Shown: positions 17,991 to 27,614, counted from the stretch's first letter. The stretch: 64,000 bases of DNA from Clostridiales bacterium Firm_07 (GCA_001604005.1 LVAM01000010.1:273079-337078), one strand, 5' to 3'. Notes: generated from the sequence alone by a model not told the origin. Numbers and translations are program-made.

Positions 17991-18006
17991 GGTTTGATTT
18001 TTTATC

Positions 18007-18036
18007 ATTATACGCACACTGTTCGAGCTTTGTCAA
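18007..18036 (-). promoter_or_regulatory. Sigma-A-type promoter of the T-box/trpB unit
   Basis: On the minus strand: TTGACA-18 nt-TATAAT, just upstream of the T-box stem I. Confidence 0.65.
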
Positions 18037-18062
18037 GAGGTTTTCGCAAATTTTCCCGAAAA

Positions 18063-19004
18063 TCAGCGAATTTTTTCGACGGAAAGCCCGGCAAAAAGCG
18101 CCTTTGCTTCCTCTCTTCGCCCGATCTCACTGCCCGGGCGCGATACCGTCGCCCCCGCCATCGCCGTGCCGAAAAGCAACCACTTTTCGGGCGCTTCGCC
18201 CCGTGTCGCGGCAAAAATCAGCCCCGCAAGCATCGCGTCCCCCGCCGCTTGGAGCGAACGCACCGTCACGCGCGGCGCGGGACAAAAATACGCCGCGTCG
18301 CGGAAAGCAAGATACGCGCCGCGCTCTCCCATTGAAACGCACACCGCGCCCGCCTTGCCCGACTCCGTCAGCGCCGACGCCGCCTTGACGATCTCGCCCG
18401 GCTCGGCAGGGATACCGAAGAGCGCGCAAAACTCGCTTTCGTTGGGTTTGATAAGGTCCGGCGCGGCGGCAAGAGCGGCGCCGAGTGTCTCTCCCGCCGC
18501 GTCCACCGCGATACGACAACGCGGAGCGGCGGCGCGCGCCGCCGCGATCGCGCGCGCGTAAAAATCGGGCGAAACGCCGCGCGGCAAACTGCCGGAAAGA
18601 GAAAGAAATTCGCTTTTCTCCGCCGCCGACGCGATCAAAGAAAGGAGCGCCGCCTCGTCCCGCGGCGACACTTCTCCGCCGCTTTCGTTCACCTCGGTCA
18701 TCTCGGCGTTTGTCTCGTCGAAAATCTTGACGCAGGTACGCAGTTTTCCCGAAACGGGAACGAACTCGTGCGGCATTGACTCGGCGGCAAGCGCCCTTTC
18801 AAGCAACGAAGTCTCCCCTTCCGAAAAATCAAATCCAGTGCAAAAGCTCTCTCCTCCAAGCGCGCGGTAGGCGCGCGCCACGTTGACGCCCTTGCCCGCC
18901 GCCTCGTGCACGGAAAAAACAGGGCGGTTGGTCGCGCCCTTTTTGAAATCCCGCACGAAAAGCGTGAGATCCACGCACGGATTTGCCGTGACGGTGGTCA
19001 GCAT
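18063..19004 (-). CDS. PfkB-family sugar kinase (1-phosphofructokinase-like)
   Basis: It has the ribokinase-fold motifs TANPCVDLT, GKGVNVA and the C-terminal AAGDAMLAG. The RBS AAGGAGGGGG lies upstream. Confidence 0.8.
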   Translation of the reverse strand: MLTTVTANPCVDLTLFVRDFKKGATNRPVFSVHEAAGKGVNVARAYRALGGESFCTGFDFSEGETSLLERALAAESMPHEFVPVSGKLRTCVKIFDETNAEMTEVNESGGEVSPRDEAALLSLIASAAEKSEFLSLSGSLPRGVSPDFYARAIAAARAAAPRCRIAVDAAGETLGAALAAAPDLIKPNESEFCALFGIPAEPGEIVKAASALTESGKAGAVCVSMGERGAYLAFRDAAYFCPAPRVTVRSLQAAGDAMLAGLIFAATRGEAPEKWLLFGTAMAGATVSRPGSEIGRREEAKALFAGLSVEKIR

Positions 19005-19023
19005 AAAACCCCCTCCTTACGGT

Positions 19024-19050
19024 ATAAAAAAATGCTCCTTACGGAGCATT
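19024..19050 (-). terminator. Intrinsic terminator after the tRNA cluster
   Basis: On the minus strand: AAUGCUCC-guaa-GGAGCAUU followed by UUUUUUU, directly downstream of tRNA-Gly. Confidence 0.7.
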
Positions 19051-19056
19051 TGCTTT

Positions 19057-19132
19057 TGGAGCGGATTACGGGGATCGAACCCGCCACCTCGACCTTGGCA
19101 AGGTCGCGCTCTACCAAATGAGCTAAATCCGC
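19057..19132 (-). tRNA. tRNA-Gly (anticodon GCC), CCA encoded
   Basis: The reverse complement folds as a cloverleaf: GCGGATT acceptor, anticodon arm CGACC-TTGCCAA-GGTCG, T arm GGCGGGTTCGATCCCC, 3' CCA. Confidence 0.95.
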
Positions 19133-19135
19133 GTG

Positions 19136-19211
19136 TGGTGCCTCCGGTCGGAATCGAACCAACGACACGGGGATTTTCAGTCCCCTGCTCTACCGACTGA
19201 GCTACAGAGGC
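19136..19211 (-). tRNA. tRNA-Phe (anticodon GAA), CCA encoded
   Basis: The reverse complement is GCCTCTGTAGCTCAGTCGGTAGAGC..., with anticodon arm GGGGA-CTGAAAA-TCCCC, a GGTTCGATTCC T loop and 3' CCA. Confidence 0.95.
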
Positions 19212-19216
19212 AAAAA

Positions 19217-19293
19217 TGGCGACCCGGATGGGACTCGAACCCACGACCTCTAGCGTGACAGGCTAGCGTTCTAACCAACTGAACTACCGGGCC
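19217..19293 (-). tRNA. tRNA-Asp (anticodon GTC), CCA encoded
   Basis: The reverse complement is GGCCCGGTAGTTCAGTTGGTTAGAAC..., with anticodon arm CTAGC-CTGTCAC-GCTAG, a GGTTCGAGTCC T loop and 3' CCA. Confidence 0.95.
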
Positions 19294-19334
19294 GGATCGT
19301 CACAGGTGCGATTTTTCGCACCGGCGACTTGCTT

Positions 19335-19363
19335 ATTATAGCACAGAGGCACCCTGTTGTCAA
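19335..19363 (-). promoter_or_regulatory. Consensus sigma-A promoter of the tRNA cluster
   Basis: On the minus strand: TTGACA-17 nt-TGcTATAAT, with an AT-rich stretch upstream. Confidence 0.75.
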
Positions 19364-19391
19364 CAGGTTTTGAAAAGTTTTTTGCAACTTT

Positions 19392-20279
19392 TCAAGAGCG
19401 AGGCGCGAGATCTTGGGGTGTAAAAAGATACCGCGCGCCGCAAAAATGGCAGTTGACTTCCAAAACTTCGCCCTTGCCCTCGGCTTTTTGCTCGGCAAAC
19501 AGCGTGCGCACTTCCTTCTCTCCCAGCGAACGGATCGCCGCGGCGATGCGCTCCCTGCCGCAAGAGCAACGGTACGCGACGTCAAATTCGTCGAACACGT
19601 CGAAGGGTATATCGGCAAGCGCGATCTCCGCGATCTCCTTTTTGGAAAGCCCGTGATCAAAAAGCCCCGAAATGTTGGAAAGCGACAGCGCGTTCTTTTC
19701 AAGCCGATCGATCACCGCGCCGTCGGCATAAGGCAAAAGTTGCACCAGCACGCCGCCCGCCGCGCGACAGCGCCCGTTTACGCCGACAAGCACGCCGAGC
19801 GAGAGAAGCGTGGGCGTTTGCTCACTTGCGGCGAAATACGAGGCGATGTCTTCCGCGATCTCGCCGCTGACCAGCGGCACCGTGCCGGAATAGGGTTCGC
19901 CCGCGCCGACGTCTTTCGACACCGTCAGCGTTCCCGCGCCCACCGCGCCGCCGACGTCCAGTTTGCCGTTCTCTTTGAGCGGCAGATCCGCCGCGGGGTT
20001 TTGCACGTAACCGCGCACGTTACCCATATAATCCGACACGGCGATCAGTTTTCCGAGCGCCCCGCGCCCCGTGACGGTCAGCGAGAGCGTGTCGCTCTTT
20101 TCTTTGAGTAAAGAGCCCATCAGCGACGCGCCGCCGAGCAGTCTCCCCAGCGCCGCCGTGGCGGTGGGCGCGGTGTGATGAACGTCGATGGCGGCATTGA
20201 CGATCGCCGACGATTCGAGAACGGCGAAACGCGCGCTTCCGTCGCGCGTCATACCTCTTAAAATGCTTGCGTTTTTCAT
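19392..20279 (-). CDS. hslO: Redox-regulated chaperone Hsp33
   Basis: The C-terminal zinc centre is CSCGRERI...NCHFCGARY, and the N-terminal domain is Hsp33-type. The ATG at 20279 follows AAGGAAA; the track extension overlaps the upstream gene. Confidence 0.9.
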   Translation of the reverse strand: MKNASILRGMTRDGSARFAVLESSAIVNAAIDVHHTAPTATAALGRLLGGASLMGSLLKEKSDTLSLTVTGRGALGKLIAVSDYMGNVRGYVQNPAADLPLKENGKLDVGGAVGAGTLTVSKDVGAGEPYSGTVPLVSGEIAEDIASYFAASEQTPTLLSLGVLVGVNGRCRAAGGVLVQLLPYADGAVIDRLEKNALSLSNISGLFDHGLSKKEIAEIALADIPFDVFDEFDVAYRCSCGRERIAAAIRSLGEKEVRTLFAEQKAEGKGEVLEVNCHFCGARYLFTPQDLAPRS

Positions 20280-20290
20280 ATTCGTTTCCT

Positions 20291-21046
20291 TTATTTTTTG
20301 CATCTTGCCGTAACGTACCAACGCTCGGTCGTCCCGCGCGGCGGAGTGAGATCCAAGTCGCCCCAAAACTCCACTTCGCCGAAACCCGCCGCCGCAAGCG
20401 CCGCGGAAAGCTCGCGCCGCGTCCACGCGCGCTCGGTCTGCTCCTCGTCCCGCCGCGTATATTTGCCCTTTCCGTCCGGCAAAAACACCGACAACGAAAA
20501 GCGGCAAAGGCGGCTTTGTTGATCATAATCGTTCTGCCAACCGCAAAAGGCTCCGTCCTCGTCTTCCAGTACGTATTCGCGCCCGGCGAAAACGTTGCGG
20601 AATTTATACGGCGTGTTGACGTCGAAAAGAAGCAGTCCGCCGTCGATCAGATAATTGTGGAGAAGCGAGAGCGTGCGGGAAAGGTCTTCCGCCGTGGTCA
20701 GATAATTGAAGCAATCCAGCGTGCTGACGGCGGCGTCCACCGTGCCGTAGAGTTCAAACTGCCGCATATCCTGTTCAAGAAACAAAATGCCGCTCTGCCC
20801 CGCTTCTCCCGCCCGCGCGAAAGCGCGGGAGAGCATTTCGGCGCTGCCGTCCACGCCGGTCATATCGTATCCTCTCTTCGCCAGTTCCAGCGTCATATTG
20901 CCGGTGCCGCATCCGAGATCAAGCACAAGTTCGGGGGATAGCCCCGCGCGACGGCACACGCGCTCGAAAAAGTCGGCATACGCGGCATAATCCACACCGC
21001 AAAGCAACCGATCGTAAACCACAGCCAACGCGTCATACGCCCGCAA
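20291..21046 (-). CDS. Class I SAM-dependent methyltransferase
   Basis: Motif I VLDLGCGTGNMT is present. The start codon is TTG, preceded by AAGGGGG, with no nearby in-frame ATG. Confidence 0.8.
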   Translation of the reverse strand: MRAYDALAVVYDRLLCGVDYAAYADFFERVCRRAGLSPELVLDLGCGTGNMTLELAKRGYDMTGVDGSAEMLSRAFARAGEAGQSGILFLEQDMRQFELYGTVDAAVSTLDCFNYLTTAEDLSRTLSLLHNYLIDGGLLLFDVNTPYKFRNVFAGREYVLEDEDGAFCGWQNDYDQQSRLCRFSLSVFLPDGKGKYTRRDEEQTERAWTRRELSAALAAAGFGEVEFWGDLDLTPPRGTTERWYVTARCKK

Positions 21047-21065
21047 GGCAAGTACCCCCTTTGCT

Positions 21066-22490
21066 TTATTCCTCCCTTATTGTACCGCTTTTCGGGCACG
21101 AAGTAAAGTCTTTTGCCGAAAATTCCCCGAAAAGTCTGCCGACGTCCCCCGCGCCCATCACCACCACCGTGTCCCCCGCGCGCACCGTGTCGGAGAGCTC
21201 GGCGGCGATCGTTTTCAGTGATAGCGCCGCCGCTTTTTTCCCAATTGCCGCCGCGAGACGCGCGGCACTCACTTCTCCCGTGTCGCGCTCTCTTGCCGCA
21301 AAGATCGGCGCGATCCACACGCGATCCGCCGCGCAAAGCGCGGCGGCGATCTCGGAGAGAAACGCCGCCGTGCGGGAATAAGTATGCGGCTGAAAGACCG
21401 CGAAAAGCCGCCCTTTCGTCATCGCGCGCGCGGTGCCGAGCACCGCGGCGATCTCGGCGGGGTGATGCGCGTAATCCTCAAACACCCGCGCGCCGCAAAG
21501 CGCGCCGCGCTCGGTAAAGCGGCGGTCGATGCCCCGAAAATCCGAAAGGGCGGAGACGATCACGGCGCGCGGAACACCGGAAATATCCGCCGCCGCCGCG
21601 GCGGCAAGCGCGTTGCCGATTTGATGTTCTCCCGCCGCTTTCAACGTGACGCGCCCGAAACTCTCTCCCCCGCGCGCCGGCGAAAATGAGGCGAAGCCCT
21701 CCCGAAACGAGATCTCTGTTGCCGTATATTCCCCGCCGCGCCCGAAGGTATGCACTTCTTCTCCCGCGTCGGCAAAAAGCGCGGCGTCTTCCGCTCGGCA
21801 CAACGCCGCGCCGCCGCGTGCGACGCACGCGCGGACATACGCCGCAAACGAGGATCTGACGGCGGCAAGATCCGGAAAATAATCGGTGTGATCCAGCGCG
21901 ATGTTCAACACGATCGCCAGCGTGGGAGAAAGGCAAAGAAAAGAATCGCGGTATTCACAAGCCTCAAAAACGACGTCTTCTCCCTCTCCCGCGAGATACC
22001 CGCCCCCAAAGCGCGGCATTTCGGCACCGCAAAAGGCGGTGGGGGATCGCCGTGCCGCCGCGAAGATCTCCGTGAGCATTGCGGTGACCGTGCTTTTCCC
22101 GTGACTGCCCGCCACGCCGATACGGCGGGGATACGGAGATGTCAGATAGGCAAGAAAATCGGCGCGGGAAAAAAGCGGATTGCCCGCCGCGAGAAGTGCC
22201 CGATACTCGGCGTTTTCGGGCGAGATCGCCAGGGTGAAAACGCCCGCGTCCGCCGCCGCGGCGGCTACGGCGTCCTCCCCGATGAAAACGGGGATACCCG
22301 CGCGGCGCACCCGCGCCGTGCCCGCGCTCTCGACGCTGTCCGAGCCGCTGACCGCAAATCCCCGCGCCGCGGCGGCAAGGGCAAGCGAGGACATCTGCAC
22401 GCCCCCGACGCCGATAAAACGCAATTTTTTTCTTTTCGCAAGCGCCGCGCCTATCCCGTCGGCGCCCGCGTGTGTGTTTTCAAGATACAT
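21066..22490 (-). CDS. murC: UDP-N-acetylmuramate--L-alanine ligase
   Basis: It has the Mur ligase motifs FIGVGGVQMSSLA and the VAGSHGKSTV P-loop. The ATG at 22490 follows AAGGGGG. Confidence 0.9.
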   Translation of the reverse strand: MYLENTHAGADGIGAALAKRKKLRFIGVGGVQMSSLALAAAARGFAVSGSDSVESAGTARVRRAGIPVFIGEDAVAAAAADAGVFTLAISPENAEYRALLAAGNPLFSRADFLAYLTSPYPRRIGVAGSHGKSTVTAMLTEIFAAARRSPTAFCGAEMPRFGGGYLAGEGEDVVFEACEYRDSFLCLSPTLAIVLNIALDHTDYFPDLAAVRSSFAAYVRACVARGGAALCRAEDAALFADAGEEVHTFGRGGEYTATEISFREGFASFSPARGGESFGRVTLKAAGEHQIGNALAAAAAADISGVPRAVIVSALSDFRGIDRRFTERGALCGARVFEDYAHHPAEIAAVLGTARAMTKGRLFAVFQPHTYSRTAAFLSEIAAALCAADRVWIAPIFAARERDTGEVSAARLAAAIGKKAAALSLKTIAAELSDTVRAGDTVVVMGAGDVGRLFGEFSAKDFTSCPKSGTIREE

Positions 22491-22668
22491 CGAAATACCC
22501 CCTTTTGCGGCGAAACGACGCACCGCGTGTCGAAAAATCCCGCTTTTCTTCACGCTTTGCACACAAAACCGTTGAATAGCCGCCACAAATCTTTTCTATA
22601 ATATAATAGGCGGAGCGTAACATCGTTGCCGCAATTTCTCTATAAAATATCACCGTGGAGGTAAAAAA

Positions 22669-22965
22669 ATGCAGATCACCGACATCAAAATCCGCAAACT
22701 TTTCGACGAGGGCCCTATGAAAGCAGTCGTTTCGCTCACCTTGGACAGCCAACTGGCGATCCACGATATCAAGGTGATCAACGCCCGCGAGAAACTCTTT
22801 ATCGTGATGCCGAGTCGCAAAAACCCCGACGGGACCTATCGGGACATTGTGCATCCCATCAACGCTGAATTCCGCGCTATGCTGGAAGAAGCGGTCATCG
22901 AGGCTTATCGCGAGGCGCTGGCGGCGGACCGAGAAACTCCCGCCCCCGAACCCGCCTTACCCTGA
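22669..22965 (+). CDS. spoVG: Septation/sporulation regulator SpoVG
   Basis: MQITDIKIRKL...KAVVSLTLD...IHDIKVI...LFIVMPSRK...DIVHPIN is the classic SpoVG sequence. The RBS ggaggt lies upstream. Confidence 0.95.
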   Translation: MQITDIKIRKLFDEGPMKAVVSLTLDSQLAIHDIKVINAREKLFIVMPSRKNPDGTYRDIVHPINAEFRAMLEEAVIEAYREALAADRETPAPEPALP

Positions 22966-22966
22966 T

Positions 22967-22998
22967 AAAAAACCCGATCCTTTCGGATCGGGTTTTTG
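22967..22998. terminator. Bidirectional intrinsic terminator
   Basis: The sequence aaaaaa-CCCGATCC-tttc-GGATCGGG-ttttt lies between convergent spoVG and paralog A. Confidence 0.85.
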
Positions 22999-23010
22999 TT
23001 TGCGTGATCT

Positions 23011-25251
23011 TTACTCCAACCAAATGGGGTTGCCGATGGCGACGAACTGCTCGTTGTAGAGGTCGTAGATCTCGGCGCGATAGAACGCGCGTTTTTGCAC
23101 CGAGAGCGCCACGGCTTGCGGCGCCGTTCCTTTGAAGCGCGAGACATACGCGACACCGCGATCGGAGAGAATGCGCAACTCGAAGATCGCGTTGCTCTTT
23201 GTCGTGGGCGCAAAGAAATCGTCCACGCGCAGCGTCAGTTCCATTCCCTCACGATACGGCACTTCCGAACCCATCGGGTTGCCGTCGATACACATTTGGA
23301 AACCGACGTTGCCGCAGGTGAAGTCGGCGGAGCGCATCTGTTGGAAAAGCAGATCGCCCTTGCGCGCGGTCGTGTAGAAAGTCGCCACGGCAGAATTGGT
23401 CACGCCGCCGTGTGTATCCGAACCGCAGGAAGAATACACTTTCTTGCCCGCCGCCAGGATTTTTGTCCAAATTTCATAGTTTTTCAGCGTTGCGCTGCTG
23501 TCGGGCGAAGCGTAAATGGTCTCCATAAACGTGTGCTCGCCGATATAATAATCAAGCGGATCGTCCGATACCATCATCGTTTTCGGGTGCGGATGCACGA
23601 AAATGCCGCCGAGGGAGCGCACGAACGCGGCAAGTTCCGCAAAACGCTCTTTGGTAAAATGCGGATACCCGAAAGAACCCGTCAGTTCGTCGCCGTGGAA
23701 TTGAAACTCGGGATAGTTGGCAAGCACCATCGCAAGTCCGTATTTGTGGGGGAAAAGCATATTGTAATGCACCTCGCCCATATTCAGCCGCATCGCGTTC
23801 AGCCCCTCGATAAAGGTGCCCGGCTCGGTACCCATCAGGAATCTGTCCTCGTCCCATTCCGGCAAGAAGAAGCCGCGCATTTGACGGTGATCGACGATCG
23901 CCACGAAATCCAGTTGTTTCGCGTCCATTTTGGGGATCCATTCCGCCATCGGCGTCGAACCGTCGCTGGTACCGCCGCAGGCGGTATGCACGTGCAAATC
24001 GCCGTAATAAGGGTGACGGTCGGCATACAGCGCGTCGGCCGCCGAAAAATCGGCGTTTTCGATGCCGAGCACCGTGTGGGGATCCTCGGTTTTCGTCTCC
24101 CAGTTCTCGCTGTGATTTTCGATCTTTTCCGGGACGTCGGTAGACAACATCGGATGCCGAGCCACCGTCTCGACAAACCCGCGCATGGCGCAATCCGAAA
24201 ACTGTGCGTCCTCACCCGTCCCCAAAATTTCTACCGCCGCACCACTGTTGCCGCGTGTATCGACAAACAGGCAATTGTCGGCGCGAAATGTGCTTTGGTC
24301 ATTGTGCAGATAGACTTTGAGCACAGGCTCGTTTTGTTTGCCCGCGTCCACAAAAGTCGTGTTTTCCACCGTGAAACGCATCGTCTGATCGGCACGTGCG
24401 CTGCGCGCCGAGGTGCCCATCGTCCGCATCGGCGAAAGGTTGGCAAAATACGAGTTTTTCACCACGATATCGCACGCGTTGCTGTTGGCAGGAATCTGAC
24501 ATTTGCCGTACGAAGAATCGGAAAAACCGAAAGAGGGCGCGGCGTTCACATAGCAAACACCGTCCAGCACCGCGCTTGCGGCATTGAGCATAACGGCGAA
24601 AGTGCCGTAATCATAGTCGTCGAAATCCACCACGCGCAAATTGGTGATCTCCACGCGGCGGGAAAGCGTCGCCGCCGTTTTGGCGTTATTGAAAAGATAG
24701 AGCACGTAGGCACATTTTTGATATTGCACGATATTACGGATCGCCACGAACGCCTCGCCCTCGTTGCCGTTCCGCAGGTCGCGGAAACTGATGTCGCGCG
24801 TGGTAAAGCCGTCGAAAATAATGGTTGCGGCGTTTGTTCCCACGGGCACGGCGGGTTTTCCCGTCCAATATCCGCCTTTTACCAGCGTTTCACCCGCTCC
24901 CTCGCGGAGCGGATTCAGGGCAGGCATATCTTCCCGTTTTTCGGTGGGCAGGTTGGGGTTGACGCCCGCCTTTTCACCGAGAAGCACGATCGAGCGGTCG
25001 ATCACGAACTTATCCATTTTATGCTCTCCGACCGAGAAGAGTATCACCGGCGCCTCAAAAGAATCATACGGGAGATCGCCCAGCACGACGTCCGGCGTTT
25101 CGGTTGCCGCGGCACACGCCGCGTTGACGGTGGGAAAAAGATTTTCGCCGTCCTTGACGGCGTATGTTTCGCCGCGATAGGTAAACGTATCTTTCGGCGC
25201 GTTCTGGTAATCGGAAACGACCGCGTAATAGCCTTTTGGCAGTTGTTGCAT
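23011..25251 (-). CDS. Beta-helix-like N-terminal region fused to a PHP/CehA-type metallo-phosphoesterase domain (paralog A)
   Basis: PHP-type metal ligand motifs are GDLHVHTACGGTSDG, IVDHRQM, FVHPHP and CGSDTHGG, with a C-terminal NPIWL. The N-terminal roughly 430 aa carries repeated V-x-N-x-x-F strands (VKNSYFANL, VENTTFVDAG, ADNCLFVDTR). No signal peptide is present. The ATG at 25251 follows GGAGGAG. Confidence 0.7.
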   Translation of the reverse strand: MQQLPKGYYAVVSDYQNAPKDTFTYRGETYAVKDGENLFPTVNAACAAATETPDVVLGDLPYDSFEAPVILFSVGEHKMDKFVIDRSIVLLGEKAGVNPNLPTEKREDMPALNPLREGAGETLVKGGYWTGKPAVPVGTNAATIIFDGFTTRDISFRDLRNGNEGEAFVAIRNIVQYQKCAYVLYLFNNAKTAATLSRRVEITNLRVVDFDDYDYGTFAVMLNAASAVLDGVCYVNAAPSFGFSDSSYGKCQIPANSNACDIVVKNSYFANLSPMRTMGTSARSARADQTMRFTVENTTFVDAGKQNEPVLKVYLHNDQSTFRADNCLFVDTRGNSGAAVEILGTGEDAQFSDCAMRGFVETVARHPMLSTDVPEKIENHSENWETKTEDPHTVLGIENADFSAADALYADRHPYYGDLHVHTACGGTSDGSTPMAEWIPKMDAKQLDFVAIVDHRQMRGFFLPEWDEDRFLMGTEPGTFIEGLNAMRLNMGEVHYNMLFPHKYGLAMVLANYPEFQFHGDELTGSFGYPHFTKERFAELAAFVRSLGGIFVHPHPKTMMVSDDPLDYYIGEHTFMETIYASPDSSATLKNYEIWTKILAAGKKVYSSCGSDTHGGVTNSAVATFYTTARKGDLLFQQMRSADFTCGNVGFQMCIDGNPMGSEVPYREGMELTLRVDDFFAPTTKSNAIFELRILSDRGVAYVSRFKGTAPQAVALSVQKRAFYRAEIYDLYNEQFVAIGNPIWLE

Positions 25252-25284
25252 AATTCTCCTCCTTCGGGCTCTCGCCCTTATTTG

Positions 25285-25313
25285 AGTGTAGCGCAAAAAA
25301 AACGCCGTGTCAA
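25285..25313 (-). promoter_or_regulatory. Candidate promoter of paralog A, overlapping the terminator of paralog B
   Basis: On the minus strand: TTGACA (inside the terminator hairpin)-17 nt-TACACT. Confidence 0.5.
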
Positions 25314-25332
25314 GCCGCACGGCGCTTTTTTT
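25295..25332 (-). terminator. Intrinsic terminator after paralog B
   Basis: On the minus strand: GCGCCGUG-cggcuuga-CACGGCG followed by eight U; an A tract lies on the other side. Confidence 0.75.
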
Positions 25333-25344
25333 GAAATTATTTGC

Positions 25345-27582
25345 TTATTTGTCCAGCCAAATGGGGTTTCCGTGCGCCACCAGGACGTTGTTATAGACGT
25401 CGTAAAGTTCCACACGGTAAAAAGCACGGTCTTTGACCGCCAAAGATACCGCTTGCGGCGCGGTGCCGCGGAAACGCGAGGCGTATGCCACGCCGCGGTC
25501 TGTGATGACGCGCAGTTCATACACGGCGTCCGCGCGCGTGGTGGGCGCATAGAAATCGTCCACGCGAAGCGTGAGCGTCATACCCTCGCGATACGGGATC
25601 TCGCTGCCCATCGGGTGCCCGTCGATGCACATTTTAATGCCCGCGCCGCCCAGCGCGTAATCCGCCGAGTACATCTGATCGTAAAGTGCGCGGCCGCTCC
25701 GCTCCGTCGTGTAAAACGTGGCGACCACGTCGTTGCACACGTCGCCGTGGGTATCCGAACCGCCCGACGCGTACACGCGCTTGCCAAGCGCCAAAAGATC
25801 GGTCCAAACTTCATAACTTTTGAAGGTTCTGTTGCCGTACACACTGCCCGACAGCGTTTCGATGTAGGTGTGCTCGCCGTAGTAAAAATCAAGCGGATCG
25901 TCGGAAGCAAGCAGGATCTTGGGATGCGCGTGCACCATCATACCGCCGATCGACTGCAAATAGCGCGTCAATTCCATAAAGCGTTCTTTGGTAAACTCCG
26001 GATACTCGAAAGAGCCGGTCAGTTCATCGCCGTGGAATTTGAACTCGGGGAAGTTGGCAAGCACCATCGCAAGGCTGTATTTGTGCGGAAACAGCATACA
26101 ATAATGGAGGAGATTGAAATTAAGACGCACCGCGGAGAGTCCGTGCATACGGCACCCCGGCTCGGTGCCCATCAGAAAGCGCTCCTCGCTCCACTCGGGC
26201 AAAAAGTAGCCGCGCATCTGACGGTGATCCACCACGACGGCGAAATCCAAATTTTTCTCATCCATTTTCGCCACCCACTCCGACATCGGGGTGTGTCCGT
26301 CGCTTCTGCCGCCGCAGTTGGTATGGACGTGCAGGTCGCCGCGATAAGGGTGACGACCCGCGTAAAGAGCGTCCATCGCCGCAAAGTCGGCGGCGTTTAC
26401 CGCCCTGACGGTGTGCGGATCGGCGGCGTTCGTTACCCAATCCTCGCCGCGGTTTTCGATCTCGGTCGGCACGTCGTCAAAGCACATCGGGTCGCGCTCG
26501 GTTTCAAGCGCAAATCCGCGCGTTTCGCAATTTCGGAATTGCACCGTACCGCCCGCGCCAAGCACCTTGACCGGCGCGCCCGCGTTTTCTCTCGTGTCCG
26601 CGAAAACGCAATCCGAAAAGATCAATTCGTCTTTCTCTCTGCTCAAAAAGCAGGTGATGGGAGCGGTATTCGGTTTGCCGGCATTGAGGAAAACCGTGTT
26701 TTCCACCGTAAAGGTGACCGATTGCTCGGCGCGCGCGCGCCGCGTGGAAACGCCGATATTGCTGTACGTCGCAAGGTCGGCAAAATACGAGTTTTTCAAT
26801 ATGACCTCGGCGTGCGCGGCGTTGCCGGGCACGGCGGATCGGGAAAGCGGAATGTCGGAAAGACCGAAAGGATTGCCCGCGCGCACATAGCAAATATCGT
26901 CGAGCACCGCGCGATCGGCATTGATCATCACGGCGGGATTGGCATATCCGTAATCATCGAAATCAACGACGCGCAAATGCGAGATCTCCACCTCACGGTG
27001 CAGTTCGCTCCCCGCTTTTGCGGGGACAAAGAGAAACATCATCGTGGGATTGCATTGTTCCTCGATGACGTTGCGGATCGCCACGAAACATTTGCCGCCG
27101 CTGCTCCGCAAGTCGCGGAAACTGACGTTTTTGAGCGACAGACCGTCCAGCACCACCGTGTCGATGCCCTCTCCCTGCACGCGGGGCTTGCCGAAATCAT
27201 AGGAACCGTAAAGCAGCGTCTCACGCTCCTCGGCGCGCAGCGGATTTTTTTGCGGCTCGTCTTCGCGCCGCGCGGTCGGCAAATTGGGATTGACCCCCGC
27301 CCCTTCGCCGAAGAGGTAAATCGAGCGGTCGAGCACAAAATGGTCTATGTTGTGTCTGCCCGCCGAGAAAAGCATCACCGGCGCGTCAAACGCGGTATAC
27401 GGGAGCCCGGACAGCACCTCCGTCGGTGTGTCCGCGGCGTGCGCGATCGCCTCGATGACGTTGGCAAACAAATTTTCTCCCGCGCTGACGGCGTAAGTTT
27501 CTCCCTTATAGGTAAAGGTATCCTTCGGCGCGTTTTCATAATCGGCGACAACTGCCACATAACCTTTCGGCAACTGTTTCAT
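25345..27582 (-). CDS. Beta-helix-like N-terminal region fused to a PHP/CehA-type metallo-phosphoesterase domain (paralog B)
   Basis: It has the same architecture and motifs as paralog A (GDLHVHTNCGGRSDG, VVDHRQM, VHAHP, GGSDTHGD, NPIWLD). The ATG at 27582 follows GGAGGA. Confidence 0.7.
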   Translation of the reverse strand: MKQLPKGYVAVVADYENAPKDTFTYKGETYAVSAGENLFANVIEAIAHAADTPTEVLSGLPYTAFDAPVMLFSAGRHNIDHFVLDRSIYLFGEGAGVNPNLPTARREDEPQKNPLRAEERETLLYGSYDFGKPRVQGEGIDTVVLDGLSLKNVSFRDLRSSGGKCFVAIRNVIEEQCNPTMMFLFVPAKAGSELHREVEISHLRVVDFDDYGYANPAVMINADRAVLDDICYVRAGNPFGLSDIPLSRSAVPGNAAHAEVILKNSYFADLATYSNIGVSTRRARAEQSVTFTVENTVFLNAGKPNTAPITCFLSREKDELIFSDCVFADTRENAGAPVKVLGAGGTVQFRNCETRGFALETERDPMCFDDVPTEIENRGEDWVTNAADPHTVRAVNAADFAAMDALYAGRHPYRGDLHVHTNCGGRSDGHTPMSEWVAKMDEKNLDFAVVVDHRQMRGYFLPEWSEERFLMGTEPGCRMHGLSAVRLNFNLLHYCMLFPHKYSLAMVLANFPEFKFHGDELTGSFEYPEFTKERFMELTRYLQSIGGMMVHAHPKILLASDDPLDFYYGEHTYIETLSGSVYGNRTFKSYEVWTDLLALGKRVYASGGSDTHGDVCNDVVATFYTTERSGRALYDQMYSADYALGGAGIKMCIDGHPMGSEIPYREGMTLTLRVDDFYAPTTRADAVYELRVITDRGVAYASRFRGTAPQAVSLAVKDRAFYRVELYDVYNNVLVAHGNPIWLDK

Positions 27583-27614
27583 ATCTGTCCTCCTTCGGGT
27601 CGTTACCCGCAATC

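Noticed and set aside
19367-19397. An AT-rich inverted repeat (TTGAAAAGTT...AACTTTTCAA) overlapping the hslO stop, considered as an hslO terminator.
   Set aside because: The stem is weak and all A/T, and no U tract follows it on the minus strand. It is more likely an UP-element-like AT tract of the adjacent tRNA promoter.
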